From the NCBI RefSeq assembly GCF_902652985.1, contig NC_047028.1, positions 9,610,001-9,674,000 on the forward strand: 64,000 nucleotides of DNA. The letters run 5' to 3'. Of the stretch, positions 24,769-39,357 are shown piece after piece. The notes below the pieces were generated by a model, which worked only from the letters and a program-made list of their open reading frames with translations, made no database searches and was not told the origin of the DNA. This DNA comes from Pecten maximus. Its lineage: Eukaryota. A program made the translations under genes and the position numbers. Positions within the stretch are counted from its first letter, which is position 1. Each line of letters begins with the position of its first letter.

Positions 24769-27700
24769 AGTGTCTGTGAGGATAAGATGTAACATACCGA
24801 TGTATCCTCTGTTTGGTAAGTGTCTGTCAGTGTAAGATGTAATATACCGATCGCGATGTATCCTCTGTTTGGTGAGTGTCTGTCAGTGTAAGATGTAACA
24901 TACCGATGTATCCTCTGTTTGGTGAGTGTCTGTCAGTGTAAGATGTAACATACCAATGTATCCTCTGTTTGGTGATCATGAGTGTCTGTCAGTGTAAGAT
25001 GTAACATACTGATGTATCCTCTGTTTGGTGAGTGTCTGTCAGTGTAAGATGTATCCTCTGTTTGGTGAGTGTCTGTCAGTGTAAGATGTAACATACCGAT
25101 GCATCCTCTGTTTGGTGAGTGTCTGTCAGTGTAAGATGTAATATACCGATGTATCCTCTGTTTGGTGAGTGTCTGTCAGTGTAAGATGTAATATACCGAT
25201 GTATCCTCTGTTTGGTGAGTGTCTGTGAGGGTAAGATGTAACATACCGATGTATCCTCTGTTTGGTGAGTGTAAGATGTAACATACCGATGTATCCTCTG
25301 TTTAGTGAGTGTCTGTCAGTGTAAGATGTAACATACCGATGTATCCTCTGTTTGGTGAGTGTCTGTCAGTGTAAGATGTAATATACCGATGTATCCTCTG
25401 TTTGGTGAGTGTAAGATGTAACATACCGATGTCTCCTCTGTTTGGTGAGTGTCTGTCAGTGTAAGATGTAATATACCGATGTATCCTCTGTTTGGTGAGT
25501 GTCTGTCAGTGTAAGATGTAACATACCGATGTATCCTCTGTTTGGTGAGTGTCTGTCTGTGTAAGATGTAACATACCGATGTATCCTCTGTTTGGTGAGT
25601 GTTAAGATGTAACATACCGATGTATCCTCTGTTTGGTGAGTGTCTGTCAGTGTAAGATGTAACATACCGATGTATCCTCTGTTTGGTGAGTGTCTGTCAG
25701 TGTAAGATGTAACATACCGATGTATCCTCTGTTTGGTGAGTGTAAGATGTAACATAACGATGTATCCTCTGTTTGGTGAGTGTCTGTCAGTGTAAGATGT
25801 AACATACCGATGTATCCTCTGTTTGGTGAGTGTCTGTCAGTGTAAGATGTAACGTAGCGATGTATCCTCTGTTTGGTGTCAGTGTCTGTCAGTGTAAGAT
25901 GTAATATACCGATGTATCCTCTGTTTGGTGAGTGTAAGATGTAACATAACGATGTATCCTCTGTTTGGTGAGTGTCTGTCAGTGTAAGATGTAACATACC
26001 GATGTATCCTCTGTTTGGTGAGTGTCTGTCAGTGTAAGATGTAATATACCGATGTATCCTCTGTTTGGTGAGTGTAAGATGTAACATACCGATGTATCCT
26101 CTGTTTGGTAAGTGTCTGTCAGTGTAAGATGTAACATACCGATGTATCCTCTGTTTGGTAAGTGTCTGTCAGTGTAAGATGTAACATACCGATGTATCCT
26201 CTGTTTGGTGTCAGTGTCTGTCAGTGTAAGATGTAATATACCGATGTATCCTCTGTTTGGTGAGTGTAAGATGTAACATAACGATGTATCCTCTGTTTGG
26301 TGAGTGTCTGTCAGTGTAAGATGTAACGTACCGATGTATCCTCTGTTTGGTGAGTGTCTGTCTGTGTAAGATGTAACATACCGATGTATCCTCTGTTTGG
26401 TGAGTGTCTGTCAGTGTAAGATGTAACATACCGATGTATCCTCTGTTTGGTGAGTGTCTGTCAGTGTAAGATGTAACATACCGATGTATCCTCTGTTTGG
26501 TGAGTGTCTGTCAGTGTAAGATGTAACATACCGATGTATCCTCTGTTTGGTGATGTAACATACCGATGTATCCTCTGTTTGGTGAGTGTCTGTGAGTGTA
26601 AGATGTATCATACGGATGTATCCTCTGTTTGGTGAGCGTCTGTCAGTGTAAGATGTTACATACCGATGTATCCTCTGTTTGGTGAGTGTCTGTCAGTGTA
26701 AGATGTAACATACCGATGTATCCTCTGTTTGGTGAGTGTCTGTCAGTGTAAGATGTAACATATCGATGTATCCTCTGTTTGGTGAGTGTCTGTCAGTGTA
26801 AGATGTAACATACCGATGTATCCTCTGTTTGGTGAGTGTCTGTCAGTGTAAGATGTAACAAACCGATGTATCCTCTGTTTGGTGAGTGTAAGATGTAACA
26901 TACCGATGTATCCTCTGTTTGGTAAGTGTCTGTCAGTGTAAGATGTAACATACCGATATGTATCCTCTGTTTGGTGAGTGTCTGTCAGTGTAAGACGTAA
27001 CAAACCGATGTATCGTCTGTTTGGTGAGTGTCTGTCAGTGTAAGATGTAACATACCGATGTATCCTCTGTTTGGTGAGTGTCTTTCAGCGTAAGATGTAA
27101 CATACCGATGTATCCTCTGTTTGGTGAGTGTCTGTCAGTGTAAGATGTAATATACCGATGTATCCTCTGTTTGGCGAGTGTCTGTCAGTGTAAGATGTAA
27201 CATACTGATGTATCCTCTGTTTGGTAAGTGTCTGTCAGTGTAAGATGTAACATACTGATGTATCCTCTGTTTGGTGAGTGTCTGTCAGTGTAAGACGTAA
27301 CAAACCGATGTATCCTCTGTTTGGTGAGTGTCTGTCAGTGTAAGATGTAACATACCGATGTATCCTCTGTTTGGTGAGTGTCTGTCAGTGTAAGATGTAA
27401 CATACTGATGTATCTTCTGTTTGGTGAGTGTCTGTCAGTGTAAGATGTAACATACCGATGTATCCTCTGTTTGGCGAGTGTCTGTCAGTGTAAGATGTAA
27501 CATACCGATGTATCCTCTGTTTGGTGAGTGTCTGTCAGCGTAAGATGTAACATACCGATGTATCCTCTGTTTGGTGAGTGTCTGTCAGTGTAAGATGTAA
27601 CGTACCGATGTATCCTCTGTTTGGTGAGTGTCTGTCAGGGTAAGATGTAACATACCGATGTATCCTTTGTTTGGTGAGTGTCTGTCCGTGTAAGATGTAA

Positions 27701-28535
27701 CATACCGATGTATCCTCTGTTTGGTGAGTGTCTGTCAGTGTAAGATGTAACGTAGCGATGTATCCTCTGTTTGGTGAGTGTCTGTCAGTGTAAGATGTAA
27801 CGTAGCGATGTATCCTCTGTTTGGTGTCAGTGTCTGTCAGTGTGAGATGTAACATACCGATGTATCCTCTGTTTGGTGAGTGTCTGTCAGTGTAAGATGT
27901 AACATACCGATGTATCCTCTGTTTGGTGAGTGTCTGTCAGTGTAAGATGTAACATACCGATGTATCCTCTGTTTGGTGAGTGTCTGTCAGTGTAAGATGT
28001 AACATACCGATGTATCCTCTGTTTGGTGATGTAACATACCGATGTATCCTCTGTTTGGTGAGTGTCTGTCAGTGTAAGATGTAACATATATATATACCGA
28101 TGTATCCTCTGTTTGGTGAGTGTCTGTCAGTGTAAGATGTAACATATATATATACCAATGTATCCTCTGTTTGGTGAGTGTCTGTCAGTGTAAGATGTAA
28201 CATATATATATACCAATGTATCCTCTGTTTGGTGAGTGTCTGTCAGTGTAAGATGTAACATACCAATGTCTCCTCTAGATCTGTTTGGTGAGTGTCTGTC
28301 AGTGTAAGATATAGCGATGTATCCTCTGTTTGGTGAGTGTCTGTCAGTGTAAGATGTAACATACCAATGTCTCCTCTAGATCTGTTTGGTGAGTGTCTGT
28401 CAGTGTAAGATATAGCGATGTATCCTCTGTTTGGTGAGTGTCTGTCAGTGTAAGATGTAACATACCGATGTATCCTCTGTTTGGTGAGTGTCTGTCAGTG
28501 TAAGATGTAACATACCGATGTAACCTCTGTTTGGT
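24769..28535. repeat. 50-bp satellite (~75-80 units, with 40-bp deletion variants)
   Basis: Unit GTGTCTGTCAGTGTAAGATGTAACATACCGATGTATCCTCTGTTTGGTGA. Confidence 0.97.
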
Positions 28536-29851
28536 GGAGGTTGAGGTTTGTTAATGCATCAAAATTATGACTGCTGCTCTTTCCAATGTCAGGTCTAGTG
28601 AAATAGAATCGCCTCTGGCACTCCAGACCAAAAACTAATAATATTTTTTTCTCGTTGTCTCACAAAATTACCAGAAGATTTTTTACAAGACTGAATATAC
28701 ATATCAGTCCGGGCAGGTTCTATGGTGGGCTGCTATAGCTATCTTTACATTTAATCTGTCTGAAGGTGCAAAAATTTTAAATATTGTCTCACATTGAGGT
28801 GGAAGTAAAATAACTCTAATAGCTTGGAACCATAAGTCTTCTATATATAGCTACTGTAAGTAGATAATGTGACTTTCTGGTATTTAGGTGTTTTCATTTA
28901 TGTCTCTCAATGGCAAAATAAGTCTATACAGCTAAGATCAAGGGGTTTTACATCATCATGAGCACTGTATTTCTATCACCAAGCAACTTCAGGCAAAAGT
29001 AAATATGATTAAGAATGATTACGATTTTGACTGTTAGTTTAGTTATCTATGTAAATAGTTGACAACCATTATTTTACACGTTTGCTCTTTCTAGGTACGA
29101 GATATGCCAGTATATATCCTGGTTGGTTATTTGTTATTTCGAAGCAAAGCATACAAATGCCAAATTCTACACAAACAGTAATTAGGGTACATTATGCATG
29201 TATGTACAATGATTCTGAGTACTACATAAAGATCCTGTATTCGAGTGTATGCTGCCTCTGTCAATAAGGTGAATGACATAATTTTAACTACATGTAAGTT
29301 ATATTATAAGGAGATGGTAAACTTTATTTGATACTGGGACAAATTAAATAAATCATAAAAATACCTATAAGTTATACTGAGTATAAGAATGTTGGCAAAA
29401 ATAGGGTAAGATATTATTCAGTCTCAACTGCTCCATTGAAGGGTCCTTAGTATAAGGTTATACATTTGCAAATTAAGGTTATGATATGATGTTTTCACTA
29501 TGATGTTTCTGCTTCAAAATTTGGGCTAAATTGGTTAGCCCTAAAATATATGTGTTGGGCTACATTTCTGTTAAGTTTTGTATAACAAAGTTTAGTTCTA
29601 TTGTACAAGAATTTTAAGATATTATATACATAGAGCCTCCCTGATAAAAAACATACACAGATACAGACTTATATAAATAGCCTCAGCATCATGTGCTAGA
29701 CATGGGACATTCAGGACATGTAAGATCAGTTGTTTCAATGATCATTGGCTCTATTATCCAGCTTCCATGAGTGACCATGCATAAAATAATTCTCTGTCAA
29801 TGGAAACATACTTGCATATGGATATATCTACCTAAAAAGCAAAATTCCCAT

Positions 29852-30012
29852 CCTGTAAATAAACCTCCTTACATTTACCAGTCTATATTCTGTAAATAAA
29901 CCTCCTTACATTTACCAGTCTATATTCTGTAAATAAACCTCCTTACATTTACCAGTCTATATTCTGTAAATAAACCTCCTTACATTTACCAGTCTATATT
30001 CTGTAAATAAAC
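29852..30012. repeat. 37-bp tandem repeat (~4 units)
   Basis: Unit CTGTAAATAAACCTCCTTACATTTACCAGTCTATATT. Confidence 0.9.
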
Positions 30013-32869
30013 TACTGTTACTTGCATTATATTGTCTACTCTGAAAATAAAACTGTTATATATATGTGTATTGAGGGATGGATGCATCTTGCAGAAACAT
30101 CCCGGATGAATTAAATTTATCAGAATTTAATTGAAAAATTTAATTATCAAATTGTAATCTTCTTTTTATCTGTCTGAACAAATTTCATCAGTGCGTTTCT
30201 GTCTCTATAGGATATAAAATGTTTGGAACATGCAGCAAGCTGAAATTGATCTGTCTGAACATAAATGTATCCCTGTGAGAGAAGAGAATTCTGTTTGGAG
30301 CAAGCTTAAATTAGGTGTGACTGGCTGTATAGTGATACACAGACAGGAACTGGAGAAGATTGTCAGCCTAGGTGATTAGTACAGGTTCAAACGCTGACAC
30401 TTGATAGAAGGAAATGAGAGCCAGAGGACCAGTTGGTAGGGGAAGCTAGCAAGTACTGGTTTAGTCGGATCAGGTTGTGTCTGTGTGAACTGGCTTTTAG
30501 TGTTAGTTGGTGACTTTCCATCAAACAGTATTGCCAATGTTATTTTAGGGGTTATGGTTTCTGCTTTTTTCAAGGATGGAATAGAGTTGCAAAAACTATT
30601 GTTTGTGTCTATCTTTAATGATCAGTCAAACCCTGAAAATTAAACCATCAAAAGAATTTATTCTTTTGTTTTACAAATTATATAATCAGGCAACAAGCAT
30701 ATATATCCCTGTTGGAATGTGTTGTAGAAATTCTACCAAAAATTGACAATTCATTGAAAAACTTTCCATGAATAAATAAATTCTGGGAGGCATGTCCTCA
30801 GACTTTACCATAAAATATCAGATGTCAGTGTCTGTCCTCACCAAACCTGATCTCGCCACACTACCGTGGTTACCATAAAATATCAGATGTCTGTGTCTGT
30901 CCTCACCACGCCTGATCTCACTACACTACCATGGTTACTGCCTTCTCGGTGTATTATTCGATATTGATGGATTTTTTGTACATAATTTAGATCTGTATAC
31001 TGCCAAGAAATGGTCTTTTGGGAGAGAAATCTCATTCTATTGAGGTTGTTTTACGATTTAGTGTCCTGGACATGTGATTAGTGGTGTAGGGCACAGATAT
31101 GGTGGAATAGCATGCATCTTCTGTTTGTTAGGTCTAAATATATAATTTGATATAGCTCTAGAGCTGTGTGTATCCTGTTTGTTAGATGGAATTTTGTCTG
31201 GCTTGTTTAATATATATGTATTCTAGCTAGGCCCGTGGAAGTTCATAAAGCTCTCCACGTACCATTACAGAATAGAGACCTAAACTCTAAGCTAAGGGCA
31301 AAACTTAGTCATTAATAGACATATTTCAGGTACATGTATGATGTAAATGTCTAATTATTATTTAAATATGGAGATAAATGCTTGGAGGCTTAAGTTATGC
31401 AGCTTCATATATGCTGTATCGGGTGCATGAACATTGTGTTCCAGATAAATTGCACCATAGCTGATGAGCGTTGTTCAGTTTTGAACCTGAAACTTCCTGA
31501 GCTTGAGGTTATGAATATTATGGGAGAATTTCAAAGATTTCAAAGAAAGTGGATGGATGTTATTCTTATAGCACATTCTGAAAATTTCAATGAGATTTTC
31601 AGCAATAATGGTAACATGTAGTATTGGACTAATGATACAACTATATGACCTTGACCTTTCCATGTTGGAGGTCTATAGACTCTTTGTTGGTAGTGTTAAT
31701 ACCAGGACACCTCGCCATGATTGGTGATTTGGACACAGTAACTATTAAACTGTCACTGCTGTAGTAGTTGTGCTAGGCTCTGGTCCTAATCAGTAAGGAT
31801 AATTGATATGGGCTGTTTAATTACACCTTTGAAGTCTGACTTGTGTCTTCTATCCTATCCCACTGTTCTGATCATTGATCGACCTGCTGCAATTACATGG
31901 CCATTTTGGTCTCTTGCTATTGTCTCTGTTCAACTGTGTGACCTCTTCCAGGCTTTACACATGAAGTCATTACTACTATAACACCTTTGACCATGTTGAA
32001 TTGTGGGATATATCTGTAATTGTCCCATTTTCATATCTAAGTTTCCCTAAGAACATCCTTGTGGAACACCAAATTTTAATATAACATTTTGAAATATGGT
32101 CTTGATATCAAATCAAAAGTTTACTTTCTGTACATGATATCTATAAACCTGCCTTTGTAAGGAGAAGGACCTATGGGCTTATGAGAGGAAAAATCCAATT
32201 TCTGTGTATTCTGTCAAAAAAATTAGTTGCATGGATCTTATCCTGCAGTTGTTGGAACCCTGTTAAGTAGAATGCAGGATATCTGAGTTGAATCGATAAA
32301 CTGTCTTGGGACCAATTTAAAAATCTATTTGGAATAATAAAGGCACCACACACTTGTTATCATACAAAATTAGAATTTTGTTGAATGTACAGTATCTGTA
32401 TTAAAAGTTACCTTAAGGTACCCCACTTAATGGGAATATTTCCAAATGAATTAGTTTTAGTCAAATAGAATTACCCTGTGTGTTTGCTACATTGAGGAGG
32501 GAGTTAATATTGCTGGTGTGAAGTGATTAATGCTGTGATGTGATTATGATAGTGTGCATACAGCCAGGACAGTAGTATTGATTATGTCTGAGTGGTGACC
32601 TGATGGTTCTGGGGTCATAATGCCATCTGGTGGTCATGTGACCTATTATTATCTGGTGGTCATGTGACCTATTATCTGGTGGTCATGTGACCTGAATGGT
32701 GACAATTTTATTTGTTAGAGGATGGTTAGAATCCCAAAATTATAGAGATAACAGTGTAACATATATAAAAATACAGGAAAGAGCGAAAGATTAAAATTAA
32801 AAAAAAACAGGCAATAACCCAAATTACAGAAAAAAAGCAAAATACAGGAGAGCTTACAACTGATACAAA

Positions 32870-34810
32870 GCAGAACATCATATCAGACTATAGGGGTGTA
32901 ACATAAATACAGGAAGGGGCATCATATCAAACTATAGGGAGTGTAACAAATACAGGAAGGGGCATCATATCAAACTATAGGGAGTGTAACAAATACAGGA
33001 AGGGGCATCATATCAAACTATAGGGGTGTAACATAAATACAGGAAGGGGCATCATATCAAACTATAGGGGTGTAACAAATACAGGAAGGGGCATCATATC
33101 AAACTATAGGGAGTGTAACAAATACAGGAAGGGGCATCATATCAGACTATAGGGAGTGTAACATAAATACAGGAAGGGGCTTCATATCAAACTATAGGGA
33201 GTGTAACATAAATACAGGAAGGGGCATCATATCAAACTATAGGGAGTGTAACATAAATACAGGAAGGGGCTTCATATCAAACTATAGGGAGTGTAACAAA
33301 TACAGGAAGGGGCTTCATATCAGACTATAGGGAGTGTAACATAAATACAGGAAGGGGCATCATATCAAACTATAGGGAGTGTAACAAATACAGGAAGGGG
33401 CATCATATCAAACTATAGGGAGTGTAACATAAATACAGGAAGGGGCAACATATCAAACTATAGGGAGTGTAACAAATACAGGAAGGGGCATCATATCAAA
33501 CTATAGAGAGTGTAACATAAATACAGGAAGGGGCATCATATCAAACTATAGGGAGTGTAACAAATACAGGAAGGGACATCATATCAAACTATAGGGAGTG
33601 TAACATAAATACAGGAAGGGGCATCATATCAAACTATAGGGAGTGTAACATCAATACAGGAAGGGGCATCATATCAAACTATAGGGAGTGTAACATAAAT
33701 ACAGGAAGGGGCATCATATCAAACTATAGGGAGTGTAACATAAATACAGAAGGGACATCATATCAGACTATAGGGAGTGTAACATATATACAGGAAGGGA
33801 CATCATATCAAACTATAGGGAGTGTAACAAATACAGGAAGGGGCAACATATCAAACTATAGGGAGTGTAACAAATACAGGAAGGGGCATCATATCAAATT
33901 ATGGGGAGTGTAACAAATACAGGAAGGGGCATCATATCAAACTATAGAGAGTGTAACATAAATACAGGAAGGGGCATCATATCAAACTATAGGGAGTGTA
34001 ACATAAATACAGGAAGGGGCTTCATATCAAACTATAGGGAGTGTAACAAATACAGGAAGGGGCTTCATATCAGACTATAGGGAGTGTAACATAAATACAG
34101 GAAGGGGCATCATATCAAACTATAGGGAGTGTAACAAATACAGGAAGGGGCATCATATCAAACTATAGGGAGTGTAACAAATACAGGAAGGGGCATCATA
34201 TCAAACTATAGGGAGTGTAACAAATACAGGAAGGGGCATCATATCAAACTATAGGGAGTGTAACAAATACAGGAAGGGGCATCATATCAAACTATAGGGA
34301 GTGTAACAAATACAGGAAGGGGCATCATATCAAACTATAGGGAGTGTAACATAAATACAGGAAGGGGCATCATATCAAACTATAGGGAGTGTAACATAAA
34401 TACAGAAGGGACATCATATCAGACTATAATAGGGAGTGTAACAAATACAGGAAGGGGCATCATATCAGACTATAGGGAGTGTAACATAAATACAGGAAGG
34501 GGCATCACATCAAACTATAGGGAGTGTATAACATAAATACAGAAAGGGGCATCATATCAAACTATAGGGAGTGTAACAAATACAGGAAGGGGCATCATAT
34601 CAAATTATGGGGAGTGTAACATCAATACAGGAAGGGGCATCATATCAAATTGTTATCTCACTCACTATATAAATGGATATTAACCAAATTTGACTGTTTC
34701 CTATAAAATACAGGAAGGGGCAACATATCAAACTATAGGTAGTGTAGCAAATACAGGAGGGGGCATCATATAAAACTAAAGGGAAAGCAACATGAATACA
34801 GGAAGGGACA
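32870..34810. repeat. ~44-47 bp satellite (~40 units)
   Basis: Unit AAATACAGGAAGGGGCATCATATCAAACTATAGGGAGTGTAAC(AT), decaying at both edges. Confidence 0.96.
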
Positions 34811-37800
34811 TTGTATCAAGCTATATAAGGAGGACATCATCACCAAATACAGAGTAGGTCAGTGTATTAAAATCAGGGAAGTGGGATAATCGACCCAGTA
34901 TATATGTGGAGATGAGAGCATTAAATGCAGGGAATAGCAATATGGGCATTAAATAGAGTTTAGAACAAGTACAGCACTATAACTTTGGTATGTATAATAA
35001 TAAGACTCATCTGAGGTAGTCAAGGCTCACCTAAAACTATTGTACACTTACGTCATATCTTGGCTTATGAATTATGTTGTACCAAGTATACCCAATTTCT
35101 GATTTGTTTTCTTCATTTTGTTGACAATTAAATTGAGTTTTGATCCAGCTTGAGCTTGATCAAGCTATAACTAATTATTCCATGCAGGGAACTTCTAGAG
35201 TTTGTGTGGTTATTTTAGGAACAAGAAAATGCAGAATGTGATGTTAATTGAAAAGTTCCACAGATGATGCATTGCTGATATTAGTGATGCACGTATTCAT
35301 ATATATCCAGCCGAGTTTGATATGTATAGCTAACCACAAGGATGAGATATTATTCTCGTCTGCAACAGGATGGTGCATTGGATTCTTGTCATAGCTAAAA
35401 GGTGATTACAAGAACGAATACAATCTGTTATAACTGTATACCTGCAGGTTATCATTATAAAAGTACAAATTATATATTGTTTGTTTGTACATGTGGATCG
35501 ATAGAGGACCCTCAATTCTAGACAAGATTTATTAAGGCTTTGCCCAATGTTAAACCTGTCCTCACAAATCTAAGCCTGGCAACATCTAACAATGATTGAA
35601 TGATCTTTTCCCTGGAAAAAAATGGAAATGAAGATATGTGAATTTAAATTTTTTGAAAAGTTCCCTCGGTATGTCGGCTATAATTGTGAAGGTTTGGTTT
35701 AATCCTTCAAGTCACTTTTCTCCCTTTGTCATTGACTTGATTCTGTTTTTGTAGAGACGTGCCATATTGGGGGACAAAGAATCGTAGAGTATTCATGGGA
35801 TACAAAAATCGTCCAATCTACCAAGATTTTAAAAGTCTAGAACCAAGTCAATTCAGGTTTCTTATACGATTCTGTATGCCATTGCCAGTGGCTGCAAGCA
35901 ACTGTTGAATTTGGAAACCGCTACCCTAAAAAATAGTGATAGTATCGTGCATCTGATAGAATCGGAGATGTATTTGATTTTTAGGTGGTCCGGATCCCCA
36001 GTGCATGTATCTGTTGGCAAATGCACTCGGATACTTTGTGTGTGTCAGACACTGCATTCTCTGGTTAGACAACTCCCCTTTGATAAAACAAGAATGCTAT
36101 CTCTACATAGCGTATATCTATACTATAACCTTATCACTAGGAACTCCCAGGAATTTGGATGTTTATAACAGGACTTGCTGCTGTATTGATGAGGCATTTT
36201 AACTTTCATCTCAAACATTGTGTAGAATTTATTTATGGCAATTGTGTTTTGGGTATGCAGTCATACGATGTCTCTATGCTAAATTAAGATCAATATGGTT
36301 TATATAAGATGTTGGCATTTCATGCTGAGTTTTAAAAATGTTATGATATGAATGATTATTGTTATTGAGCTGGTATGTTGCTGAGCCTATTTAGCCCAAC
36401 AAGTCAATACAATTACCCGCAAATGTCATTTCAGTGTCCTCTAATTTCAATGTCATGACAAGCCCATCGTTTGGCTCAGCATTGAATCAGAGCTGCGTTT
36501 TGGTCCTCTGTTGTATTCAAGATAAAAATGTATACACATGTATACATGTATCAATAAACAGTGAGGCAAGGATAATGCCTAATATTGTATCATTGTATGT
36601 GCTATCACTATTACATCTATTTAAGTACAGGAGTAATGGAGGGGAGAAAAAAAACAGCAAAAAAACTTCTATACTATATTTTGGGATCAATTACAACTCA
36701 AGATGGCTGACAGGATGCTATTTTAAATTTTGACAGTTGAAGTTCTTACACTATCACTATATATCTCAGAAATGTTGTCGTGGATCTTCCCCAAATTTTA
36801 TAGGTTCCCTTGGCACCTAGTTGAAGACTTTCAACTCCTTTTTATGTTTACTATACTTTATTTAAAGTAAAAACCTTGTTATTATACAGGGATCTTTAAA
36901 AAAAAAAAAAAAGTGCAATAGACACAGTTAACAGAAATGTTACATGTATAAATAATGTATGCCAAACAGAAATGTTACATGTATAAATAATGTATGCCAA
37001 GTAGAAATTTCACAATAATGATGGAAAAATAAAACACAAATTTATAAGAAGTACAAATCTTGTACATAAAATATGATATTTACAATGTGCCACATATATA
37101 TGTATGCCAACAGTTCAAAGCTTGAATGTCACTTGTAAATGACGGTTCTGTGAGGGTGTACTTGATTTGCTACTGTGATACGGTTATCTAGGTTCTACAG
37201 TTCGCTCACCGTACTTACTAAACCCAATGTACGACTCCCAGACTCCCGCGGAGGGATGACAAACAAATCAAAACAATTGGAAACAAAAAAACAATTTACC
37301 ACATCAAAATCAAATAAATACAGCATGAAAACAAGCAGGTGGTTTTCATCAGCGGTAGTACCTCAGAGAGGATGACTTCAGACAGATAGGTGATGTTGTC
37401 TGATACAGCGGCAAGCATCTTACTGCTGATACCATTAGTAACATAACCACTGAAGCCTGGAGAAGTATTTACCAATTGTTTGGGTTTATGTGTGAGGGTT
37501 GTAGAGCCACTCCTTTGTTTTTATCTACATTGACGTGTTTTAATGTATTGGCTGACTTGGTTGTTGGAGGTCTGAAACAGCAGCATTATCTTTCCAGTCT
37601 TAAAATGAATTCCACAGATTAACTAGTCAGTTCTTTTTCCATGTGTGGTTGAGTGGTTTAGAATCATTGTTCAGGTATGGGGTTTTAGATTATGATACTA
37701 TTAGTGGATATACACTATCCAACCTGTATGATCTGACACCCTGAATAACCGGGATATTTGCTGGGATTAATTATTGGCCATGAGTAGTCGGCCATTTTGA

Positions 37801-37969
37801 TATGGGAGCTTATTGTAGTATATAGGTAGCATATACTTAGGGTCCCTCATCACACATGCTACCCAATAAAGTTGGGGGCAGCATCTTGTCCAAGAACATG
37901 ATTAACCCGATCTGCTCCCAGAGATTGAACCTTTAATCCTCCCCAAAAATAATGCATTAGTCTGGTTCT

Positions 37970-39344
37970 TTCTCAGCCCCTATATGATATATCCTGGGTG
38001 TTTGAAGTAATAAGACCCACTAGCTGTACTATCTCAGCCCTCTATATGATACCCTGGGTGTTTGAAGTAATAAGACCCACTAGCTGTACTATCTCACCCT
38101 CTATATGATACCCTGGGTGTTTGAAGTAATAAGACCCACTAGCTGTACTATCTCAGCCCTCTATATGATACCCTGGGTGTTTGAAGTAATAAGACCCACT
38201 AGCTGTACTATCTCACCCTCTATATGATATATCCTGGGTGTTTGAAGTAATAAGACCCACTAGCTGTACTATCTCACCCTCTATATGACACCCTAGGTGT
38301 TTGAAGTAATAAGACCCACTAGCTGTACTATCTCAGCCCTCTATATGATACCCTGGGTGTTTGAAGTAATAAGACCCACTAGCTGCAATATATATCTCAC
38401 CCTCTATATAATACCCTGGGTGTTTGAAGTAATAAGACACACTAGCTGTACTATCTCAGCCCCTCTATATGATATCCTGGGTGTTTGAAGTAATAAGACA
38501 CACTAGCTGTACTATCTCACCCTCTATATAATACCCTGGGTGTTTGAAGTAATAAGACCCACTAGCTGTACTATCTCAGCCCCTCTATATAATATCCTGG
38601 GTGTTTGAAGTAATAAGACACACTAGCTGTACTATCTCACCCTCTATATGATACCCTAGGTGTTTGAAGTAATAAGACCCACTAGCTGTACTATCTCAGC
38701 CCCTCTATATGATACCCTGGGTGTTTGAAGTAATAAGACACACTAGCTGTACTATCTCAGCCCCTCTATATGATACCCTGGGTGTTTGAAGTAATAAGAC
38801 CCACTAGCTGTACTATCCCAGCCCTCTATATGATACCCTAGGTGTTTGAAGTAATAAGACCCACTAGCTGTACTATCTCAGCCCTCTATATGATACCCTG
38901 GGTGTTTGAAGTAATAAGGCCCACTAGCTGTACTATCTCAGCCCTCTATATGATACCCTGGGTGTTTGAAGTAATAAGGCCCACTAGCTGTACTATCCCA
39001 GCCCTCTATATGATACCCTAGGTGTTTGAAGTAATAAGACCCACTAGCTGTACTATCTCAGCCCTCTATATGATACCCTGGGTGTTTGAAGTAATAAGAC
39101 CCACTAGCTGTACTATCTCAGCCCTCTATATGATACCCTGGGTGTTTGAAGTAATAAGACACACTAGCTGTACTATCTCAGCCCTCTATATGATACCCTG
39201 GGTGTTTGAAGTAATAAGACCCACTAGCTGTACTATCTCACCCTCTATATGATACCCTGGGTGTTTGAAGTAATAAGACCCACTAGCTGTACTATCTCAG
39301 CCCCTCTATATGATACCCTGGGTGTTTGAAGTAATAAGACCCAC
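37970..39344. repeat. 59-61 bp satellite, left part (interrupted by the transposon)
   Basis: Unit CTCAGCCCTCTATATGATACCCTGGGTGTTTGAAGTAATAAGACCCACTAGCTGTACTAT; stops mid-unit at GACCCAC. Confidence 0.97.
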
Positions 39345-39357
39345 CCCAAACAGAAAT

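Noticed and set aside
25316-28087. Many repetitive minus-strand ORFs (MLHLTLTDTHQTEDTS...)
   Set aside because: Translations of the 50-bp satellite; frames switch with each unit and there is no gene structure.
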